From positions 2,512 through 66,511 of the forward strand of contig JAHJSM010000003.1 in NCBI GenBank assembly GCA_018830295.1: a stretch of 64,000 nucleotides of DNA, given 5' to 3'. Source of the DNA: Patescibacteria group bacterium (GTDB lineage Bacteria; Patescibacteriota; Minisyncoccia; Portnoybacterales; UBA2143). Within the stretch, counting starts at the first letter, position 1, and the number at the start of each line of letters is the position of its first letter. A program made the position numbers and the translations under genes. Of this stretch, positions 59,001 through 64,000 are shown piece after piece. The notes under the pieces were generated by a model, which had not been told where the DNA came from, searched no databases, and was given only the letters and a program-made list of their open reading frames with translations.

Positions 59001-62000
59001 CGTGTCTGCGGCAGTATTAACAAGAAATGCGTCATCTACATTAAAAGTCGTTCCAACTAAAGTTAAATTAGTTCCGCCTAAATAGGTCGTGTTTGTGTCA
59101 GTCGCGTCTAATGTATTGCCAGTCCAAGCTAAATTAGTCCCTGCGGTTATCCGATTAGAGGGAGTGTCGTAAAAAGTATTCCAATTAGTCGTGCTTGCTG
59201 ATAAAGGGATTATGTATCCAGTAGTTAGGGCAATATCGTCTAAAGCCAACTCAATGCCTGTTGCTCCGACTGTTAAATTGGTTTCTGATGAAATATCAAC
59301 GGAAGTGCCTAATGTAATAATAGCGTCAGCGTTTCCAGCGGTTAAAGTGCCTACCGTAACTAAACTTGGAAGCGAACTTATTAAAGCGTGGGTTGTGGTC
59401 GCATACCAAGTTGTAAGAGGAAAATATCCCGCTATTGAGTGGTTGCCCCAGCCATAAGCGGTATTCCAGTTTCCTGAATTATTTGTGATTGAGGTGTCCC
59501 AAGCCGAGCCCGTGCTTAATGCTATTCCAGCTGCTGGATAGACCATACCTCCGCTTGGAGTGGTTGTTGCTATAACTAATCCAGTAGCGTCAACAGCTAA
59601 AAATGAACCAGCGGCTGTTGCTAAAGATGAGATATAAAAAGTATCTGTTGTCGTGGCAGAGTTCATTGAAAGCCCCCCAGACATTGTATCAGTAGTATTT
59701 AATACATAACTATCATTTGCCGTAACATAATATCCACCCGAAGCGTGATCCCCCCAACCGAATGCGGAATTCCACTCGTCAGAATTGCCGCCAAAGGCGG
59801 CAAAATGTCCCGTTGTTGTCGCGTTTCCGCTAACTAAAAGATTATCATCTATGGTTAAATCTCCTAATGAATCGGCGATGTTCCCTTGAAAATCAGATGC
59901 GCCCGCGACGGTTAAGTTGTTGTTGAAAGTAGAGACGCCGTCGGCCGAGAATGTTCCCCCCGCGTGGATATTGGATTGGGTGAAGAGTCCCGCCGTCGTG
60001 CTTGCGTAGCCGGCGACATATTCATTTCCGATTACATGGAATTTGTAGCTCGGCGCCGTCGTCCCAATCCCGACGTTGCCGCTTTCACTCACATAAAGCA
60101 ACGACGCCCCTGTGGAACTGGCGATGTTCATAACTGGTTGTCCTGCTGTGCCTTGAACGCTTAGTTTGGTTAAAGGTGAAGTTGTGCCTATCCCGACGTT
60201 GCCGCCGTCCAAAACAGTTATTCCATTACTTGCATTATCGTAAAGATGAAGTCCACTATCATTCGTCGCCGAGAGAGTATTCCCCGTGGAGAGTAAATTC
60301 CCAAGCCAAGAAGTCGTCGCTGAAAATAATGTTGAAGTCGCATTATTAAATTGCGCGTAATCAACAGTCGTAGCAAAAGTATTTGGAATATCATTACATC
60401 GTCCAGCACCGATAACTTGAACTACGCCTGTCGCGCTTGCCCTTGAAACTCTTGCCACGGCTTGAATACAGTCGCTTGCTCCTGTCGGGCGTGTGCTTGT
60501 TAATGTTCCCGGAGTAGTACTTAAAAATAAAGCGTCATTTACGGCATAAGCCGAAGTATTTATTCCTGATAAAACGCCGGATGATATTACTGTTCCATTT
60601 GTATTATTTGATATACTGCCTGTGGTAAGTCCAATTGCAGGATATTTCGCGCTGTCATCAGCGTCAGCTAAATCTATCGTTATCCTGCCTTGTCCGACAT
60701 TATATCCTGTAATATAAACTGGAGTGCCTGCTGATATAGTAGAACCACTTGTATTTCTAACTAAAATCAGAGAAGAGGCTGAACTTACATTAACAGGACT
60801 ATTCGGGTGCGACTGTATCATCCAACCGCCCACATCTTCCATAAATACTAAAGTCATTATTTGGTCAGGGGCTAATACTCCGTTTGTCCCTCCGTGGAAT
60901 ATTGACGAACCTGACAATACTGAATTGTCTTGAAGTTCTATTGTGAAAGAACCTGTGTTTTGAATATATAAAATTTGCCCTTGCGTAGATGAAGCGATAG
61001 TCGGGGTGCCTATCATTACATAATCAGCGTCAGATGAGATATTAAGCAAGGAATTTGTTGAAACTATCGCAGTTGTAGAAGCTGTTAATACTTGCGTGGT
61101 ATTAGGAGAAGTGAATAATCTTTTTGTGGTTAAGTCGCCGTCCACCCTCGCATTGCCATAAACATCCAGCTTGTATGCAGGAGAAGTCGTGCCTATGCCG
61201 ACATTTCCCGCAAATGTCGCACCCTCGCCTACCCGTAATTCCCCCGAAGCGTTTAAGTCGCCTGCGGTGAAGTTGAAATACCCGTCATCTACGCCTACGG
61301 ATAAATAACCCGTTGTGGTTAGGTTGCCTGTTTGGGTGATGGCTCCGTTGAAGGCGGTGTTGTGGGCAATAATTCCGTTGGCGACAAAGTTGTGCGTTCC
61401 TTCTACTTCTATGTCATAGACCTGTTCAGGAGGAAGGATGCTAATTCTCGCAATTTTGACGAATTTGACGGAGCCGAAACTCTCCTCAACATCCGATGAG
61501 CTCCCGAGTTCCGCCAAATTCGCGACGGCGATTGTGTCGCCTTCGCTTAATTCAGCGACGCGCGTCCATCGCGAACTTGACAGAGTATCCGCGTCGCTGT
61601 TATTATTCTCTTGTATGTCTAAATTATCATCTTCATTTACTATCATTGATAATAATAATTTGCGGGGCGTTTTGGCTCCGCCAAAAATGTTGTCCAAAGA
61701 ACTATTGGAAGATATTTTGGATTTGGTCTCATATTCAAGACCTAAAGTGGCAGAAAAATTAAACAAAGATTTCAAAGAAGCCAAAAAAGAAAGCTTAGTT
61801 GACGGCGAAGCATTAAGAAAATCATTGAAAATATAATTATGTTCCGCTATAATTTCACCCGCAAAGCCGCCAAAGAAATCAAAGGAATGCCCCGCAATAT
61901 CCAACGCCGAATTTTCAACGACATCTTGACTATTTGCCGCCTCAATCATCCTTTGCAGGACAGAAGCGTTTTGAAACTCCGAGGGAAATACAGCGCGCCC

Positions 62001-64000
62001 ACTTTCCGACTGCGTTCCGGCAATTACCGAATTATTTTCCGTATCATTAACCATATCATCGTCATCGGAAGCGTCAGACACAGGCAAGAGGGATATTGAT
62101 TTGTTCAGCGCAAGATATGGATGATTCCCCGTCGTTCTAATTATCCTGCTGTCTTCTGTTTCAATCTCGTAAATGGTCTTAACCCCCATATCCATCAACT
62201 GCTTAATTTTGGCAGGCGTTAATTCGCCTGTTTTTTCATTAAGGGATAAGACATAGTCGCCCGGCTGGACTTCGTCTATACGGGTGTATTTGGGGGCAGC
62301 CCTCGCAACGGGGGCTGCCCCCGAATTCACTATCGGCAAGAGCGTATCCCCCGTCACGCATTGCCCGTCCACGGTTAAGTCCTTCTTAATGTATTGGCTT
62401 CCAGTTGTCGTCGCGTTTCCTTCTATGTTGAGATAACCGAGAACAGAGAGATTGTCGGAGATGGTTGTCGTGCTGTTGTTTGCGGCGAGGTCTATGTTTA
62501 AGTCGCCGTTTGTGTCTATGGTGAATGAGGCGTATTTGGATGTTGAGACATCATAAGAGAGCCGCAATTGTTCGGTCGTTGAGGAGGCGTGAATGCGGCC
62601 GACTACAGCCAGAGCTGAATCTGGCGTGGTTGTCCCGATGCCGACATTGCCCGATGTTCCTACGCCGCTGGACGGGCCCACATAGAATGTTGGGATATTA
62701 CTATTAAATCCAATGGCAAAAGAATTGTCTTTATTGTGAACTAATGGAACGGCACCACTTACTCCAGAACCTAACGCAAAAGTCGAATCCGCGTCGCTAC
62801 TAATACTAATGTATTTTCCTATACCAAAAGAAAAATTTCCGGCATTAGTAACTCCATACCCTAATGCTATAGCGTCTTGTCCGCTTAAAGTAAGATCTCT
62901 GCCAAATCCCTTTGAGTAACTTCCGCTGGCGATTATATCACTTCCAATTGCGATCTTGCCAGAAGTGGAGAAGAGAATATCCCCTGTTCCCGCAACAGTT
63001 AGGCCACTCTTAAGGGTAGTAACCCCGTCGGCGGAGAATGTTCCGCCAATATGCCCATTCCCCTGCGTAAAGAATCCTGCTGTCGTAGAGGCGTAGCCAG
63101 TAATATTAAGATTGCCTGTTTGGGTGATTGCTCCGTTGAAGATAGTGTTGTGGGCGATAATGCCGTTGGCGACGAAGTTGTGAGTTCCTTCTACCTCTAT
63201 GTCATAGACCTGTTTTCTGCCCGTTGGCTCAATGGAAACAATTTTTTCCCAAATCGCTAAATTACCCTCGCCAGCCGCCGCGATTTCCATACCCGGTTGA
63301 AGATAGATAACTTTTGTCCACTTTTGACTATTGACAGAAATTTGAGGTTTAGTATTATTAAAGTATATGCGATTAAATAAATCCCAATTTGAAGCGATTT
63401 CCAGTTTTTTTGTTGATTTAGCAAAGATATTGTTCGCCTCAACTGTGGTTGGGTTTTTCATTCCAGGTTCCTCCGGAATTGTTAATATGCCCGTATTCAC
63501 CATCGGTTCTGTATCCACTTTGGGGTTGTTCACATTGAGCGTTATTTTATTAAAGTCCGAATAATTATGAATTATCTTATTGTCGCTTATATTATTACTT
63601 GTATCATGGCTACCATTATTTTCATTTGGGCCATGGAACATAGAAAATAAATTATGAATAATATTATTCTCTACATTATCGCCGGCATTGTCATTTTGAC
63701 TATGTTCGGTGTCGCTTTCTTCTATAATTCCAAATCTAACTAAGTATGGGTGGTTGCCCGTCGTTTCAATCTGTTTACCCGATTCCGTGGTTAAACGAAA
63801 TGTCGTTTTGACCCCCATATCCATCAACTGCTTAATCTTGGCAGGCGTTAATTCGCCTGTTTTTTCATTAAGGGATAAGACATAGTCGCCCGGCTGGACT
63901 TCATCTATGCGGGTGTATTTGGGGACAGCCCTCGCAACGGGGGCTGCCCCCGAATTCACTATCGGCAAGAGCGTATCCCCCGTCACGCATTGCCCGTCCA
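56016..64000 (-). CDS. giant tail-fibre-like repeat surface protein (>2656 aa, N-terminus beyond window) containing two intein-like modules and many hairpin-element insertions
   Basis: The reading frame is open for 7.97 kb. It holds many GNVGIGTT(S/T)P beta-helix-like repeats and a conserved C-terminal-proximal segment ADYAEYY...GEAV...IMGIVSTNPAFLGN. The acidic tail contains tandem duplications. Confidence 0.7.
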   Translation of the reverse strand, partial: DGQCVTGDTLLPIVNSGAAPVARAVPKYTRIDEVQPGDYVLSLNEKTGELTPAKIKQLMDMGVKTTFRLTTESGKQIETTGNHPYLVRFGIIEESDTEHSQNDNAGDNVENNIIHNLFSMFHGPNENNGSHDTSNNISDNKIIHNYSDFNKITLNVNNPKVDTEPMVNTGILTIPEEPGMKNPTTVEANNIFAKSTKKLEIASNWDLFNRIYFNNTKPQISVNSQKWTKVIYLQPGMEIAAAGEGNLAIWEKIVSIEPTGRKQVYDIEVEGTHNFVANGIIAHNTIFNGAITQTGNLNITGYASTTAGFFTQGNGHIGGTFSADGVTTLKSGLTVAGTGDILFSTSGKIAIGSDIIASGSYSKGFGRDLTLSGQDAIALGYGVTNAGNFSFGIGKYISISSDADSTFALGSGVSGAVPLVHNKDNSFAIGFNSNIPTFYVGPSSGVGTSGNVGIGTTTPDSALAVVGRIHASSTTEQLRLSYDVSTSKYASFTIDTNGDLNIDLAANNSTTTISDNLSVLGYLNIEGNATTTGSQYIKKDLTVDGQCVTGDTLLPIVNSGAAPVARAAPKYTRIDEVQPGDYVLSLNEKTGELTPAKIKQLMDMGVKTIYEIETEDSRIIRTTGNHPYLALNKSISLLPVSDASDDDDMVNDTENNSVIAGTQSESGRAVFPSEFQNASVLQRMIEAANSQDVVENSALDIAGHSFDFFGGFAGEIIAEHNYIFNDFLNASPSTKLSFLASLKSLFNFSATLGLEYETKSKISSNSSLDNIFGGAKTPRKLLLSMIVNEDDNLDIQENNNSDADTLSSSRWTRVAELSEGDTIAVANLAELGSSSDVEESFGSVKFVKIARISILPPEQVYDIEVEGTHNFVANGIIAHNTAFNGAITQTGNLTTTGYLSVGVDDGYFNFTAGDLNASGELRVGEGATFAGNVGIGTTSPAYKLDVYGNARVDGDLTTKRLFTSPNTTQVLTASTTAIVSTNSLLNISSDADYVMIGTPTIASSTQGQILYIQNTGSFTIELQDNSVLSGSSIFHGGTNGVLAPDQIMTLVFMEDVGGWMIQSHPNSPVNVSSASSLILVRNTSGSTISAGTPVYITGYNVGQGRITIDLADADDSAKYPAIGLTTGSISNNTNGTVISSGVLSGINTSAYAVNDALFLSTTPGTLTSTRPTGASDCIQAVARVSRASATGVVQVIGAGRCNDIPNTFATTVDYAQFNNATSTLFSATTSWLGNLLSTGNTLSATNDSGLHLYDNASNGITVLDGGNVGIGTTSPLTKLSVQGTAGQPVMNIASSTGASLLYVSESGNVGIGTTAPSYKFHVIGNEYVAGYASTTAGLFTQSNIHAGGTFSADGVSTFNNNLTVAGASDFQGNIADSLGDLTIDDNLLVSGNATTTGHFAAFGGNSDEWNSAFGWGDHASGGYYVTANDSYVLNTTDTMSGGLSMNSATTTDTFYISSLATAAGSFLAVDATGLVIATTTPSGGMVYPAAGIALSTGSAWDTSITNNSGNWNTAYGWGNHSIAGYFPLTTWYATTTHALISSLPSLVTVGTLTAGNADAIITLGTSVDISSETNLTVGATGIELALDDIALTTGYIIPLSASTTNWNTFYDTPSNRITAGTNLAWTGNTLDATDTNTTYLGGTNLTLVGTTFNVDDAFLVNTAADTTAFGLTMGSATTTDTLSIGGKAVFSGNVGIGTTGPSFPLSLGTAVGNKIALYDNAAGTGYGFGIQNNLLQIFSVNSASRVGIGYGNSGAFTETLSVVGGNVGIGTTTPLSKLSIQGTAGSSDIFTIASSTGANLLTVTSGGNLVTTGYASSTTGLFTQGAGHFGSNLTVDGNATTTGAMYIGGDFTVGATPSFVVTSAGNIGIGTVSPGTTLDVVKANQNLADGLNGDAQVHIAAMTSDSFAIDKGGAIGMGGFYNSAGSKQIFGAIAGRKESATDGSATGYLSFHTNDSSSIKERMRINASGNVGIGTTSPNELLSLNIPEGTNKGISFMERGLSTYGAKILFDEANYVLKIVGYDAGSEILGIAVKRNSGNVGIGDTTPDYRLTVDHNSDGVNVAYVNATNAWTSGSADYAEYYYSIDTDLKSGEAVCVDIERENAVKRCERAADGNIMGIVSTNPAFLGNAPSDERREDNPHYAIIGMLGQVPAKVSAEGGPIRPGDSLTSASVPGYIMRAGAGDPTVGVALEGLKEGEGVINVLISRRNKSLTVEEVEDKVTERVAAMEIEDEVNILIAGAIDNLNLEDDINEIVSPQLLLIDAKLTLAMDEISDLALDIRDVIPEQFEEIDARMEGMEQLTDGLTLKLEEAGLIRLVEAWDGSSPRDGGLPPLPPVGLVLDTMGRFGIATSSPTNILTIGRGAGSAIADGWDVYLPRADEMEVTYLEEADYAEILGLIAGMEMGRYGGGEVADGSSPRDGGLPPIGMISDGESVSLYDYTSFALAGVKALNNRLEELEALLTVERDENGDLVEVDSLEELRMDLAELGLVLDEEGVLVVDKIKAKNIETEQLKVGGGVEEQAGITLYDRVTGLPYCFFVASGAAQTVAGECGAVAEEPVVDEEGAAPADEGLPPVVEPVVEEPVVDEEGAAPADEGLPPVVDEEGAAPVAGAAPEEVPEADEPEPVVEVSSPEPVTEEPVAEEPVVEELETPSADAVGY
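56154..56190. repeat. GC hairpin unit in giant ORF tail
   Basis: gggggctgcccccgcaacgggggcagccccc. Confidence 0.85.
56196..56322. repeat. tandem duplication (~75 nt x2) in C-terminal tail of giant ORF embedding hairpin elements
   Basis: caccgggggcagtccctcgtccgcgggggctgctccctcttcatcaaccac occurs twice and encodes EEGAAPADEGLPPVV repeats. Confidence 0.6.
56725..56757. repeat. GC hairpin unit in giant ORF
   Basis: gggggcagtcccccgtcgcgggggctgctccc. Confidence 0.8.
56992..57035. repeat. GC hairpin unit in giant ORF
   Basis: gggggcagagggggcagtcccccgtcgcgggggctgctccc. Confidence 0.8.
61438..61836 (+). CDS. Phd/YefM-like antitoxin candidate (start uncertain)
   Basis: The C-terminal part, FTIIDNNNLRGVLAPPKMLSKELLEDILDLVSYSRPKVAEKLNKDFKEAKKE, parallels YefM ([48 protein letters not shown]). 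The stop lies 2 nt before the toxin ATG. It lies antisense inside intein-like module 2. Confidence 0.45.
   Translation: MLILAILTNLTEPKLSSTSDELPSSAKFATAIVSPSLNSATRVHRELDRVSASLLLFSCMSKLSSSFTIIDNNNLRGVLAPPKMLSKELLEDILDLVSYSRPKVAEKLNKDFKEAKKESLVDGEALRKSLKI
61839..62099 (+). CDS. type II toxin, RelE/ParE family
   Basis: The 86-aa sequence KLRGKYSAPTFRLRSGNYRIIFRIINHIIVIGSVRHRQEGY matches the RelE/ParE consensus (kL.g....y.lRvGdYRiiY.i.d....v..v.hRkdvY). It is translationally coupled to the upstream ORF. Confidence 0.75.
   Translation: MFRYNFTRKAAKEIKGMPRNIQRRIFNDILTICRLNHPLQDRSVLKLRGKYSAPTFRLRSGNYRIIFRIINHIIVIGSVRHRQEGY
62292..62322. repeat. GC hairpin unit inside intein-like module 2
   Basis: gggggcagccctcgcaacgggggctgccccc. 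Confidence 0.85.
63147..63989 (-). other. intein-like module 1 of giant ORF
   Basis: Cys at 63987-63989 (CVTGDTLLPIV...) ... QVYDIEVEGTHNFVANGIIAHN, then Thr. The core is low-complexity with no recognisable endonuclease motif. It contains hairpin element NSGAAPVARAVP. Confidence 0.7.
63921..63951. repeat. GC hairpin unit inside intein-like module 1
   Basis: ggggacagccctcgcaacgggggctgccccc. Confidence 0.85.

Larger units (their letters stand above)
61359..62360 (-). other. intein-like module 2 of giant ORF
   Basis: It starts with Cys (CVTGDTLLPIV) and ends VYDIEVEGTHNFVANGIIAHN, followed by Thr. The termini are near-identical to module 1 and the core is unrelated. It contains hairpin element NSGAAPVARAAP. 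Confidence 0.7.

Noticed and set aside
63051-63564. Plus-strand ORFs inside intein-like module 1 (63051-63260, 63367-63564) as a possible second antisense cargo
   Set aside because: They show no similarity to any toxin, antitoxin or endonuclease family that I can recognise. Unlike the module 2 pair, they are not translationally coupled.
18497-63951. Whether the GC-rich repeats could be a CRISPR array
   Set aside because: The units are single hairpins, not direct repeats. Spacing is irregular, from 3 nt to kilobases. Many lie inside ORFs, and there are no cas genes. They behave like REP/MITE-type palindromic elements.
1-64000. rRNA genes, or further tRNAs beyond Asn and Gln
   Set aside because: No other T-arm or anticodon-arm patterns (GGTTCGAATCC and variants) were found by eye in intergenic regions. 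There are no long non-coding stretches compatible with rRNA. A tRNAscan or Infernal run would be needed to be sure.

Overview
The window is AT-rich (about 40% GC), densely packed and mostly minus-strand bacterial DNA. Its gene content and style look like a small-genome, CPR/Patescibacteria-like organism, but that is an inference from the sequence only.

Core housekeeping genes are present:
- rpoB and rpoC
- recA and ftsK
- the rpsF-ssb-rpsR operon
- serS, lysS and greA
- mreC-mreD-pbp2
- dnaX, purB and a purC-purE fusion
- def and fmt, fused into one ORF
- comM, dprA and yraN
- two tRNAs, Asn(GTT) and Gln(TTG)

The accessory content is mainly cell-envelope glycosylation genes (GT2, GT4, two GT39/ArnT-like, TagA/WecB, GtrA, DedA, O-antigen-ligase-like).

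A VirD4/TraD-like ATPase sits in a cluster of membrane and secreted proteins beside a membrane-anchored ClpC-like protein.

The left edge holds a probable integrated element next to tRNA-Asn. It carries a large serine recombinase, an HTH controller, a C5 DNA methyltransferase and a possible restriction-endonuclease gene that runs off the window.

Three things stand out.

- **GC-rich hairpin repeat family.** More than 35 copies of a 31-33 nt perfect hairpin occur in two variants, GGGGGCWGCCCCC and GGGGACWGTCCCC arms, against the AT-rich background. The element has no stop codon in any of six frames. It sits in intergenic, terminator-like positions and also in frame inside coding sequences: rpoB, dprA, an ftsQ-like gene, an O-antigen-ligase-like gene, the def/fmt junction and a giant surface protein.
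- **Giant ORF with two intein-like modules.** A tail-fibre-like ORF of more than 2656 aa, truncated by the window end, carries two modules that start with Cys and end with His-Asn before a Thr. The second module encodes, on the opposite strand, an apparently intact type II toxin-antitoxin pair: a Phd/YefM-like antitoxin plus a RelE/ParE-family toxin. The giant reading frame stays open across it.
- **Gene between rpoB and rpoC.** A four-helix-bundle gene of the 23S-rRNA-IVS-protein family sits between rpoB and rpoC, flanked by TTGAAAATTG-type promoter-like repeats.

A second intergenic repeat family of about 120 nt has three copies.

Coordinates for the repeats were read by eye and may be off by a few nucleotides. 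The CDS coordinates follow the supplied ORF track.
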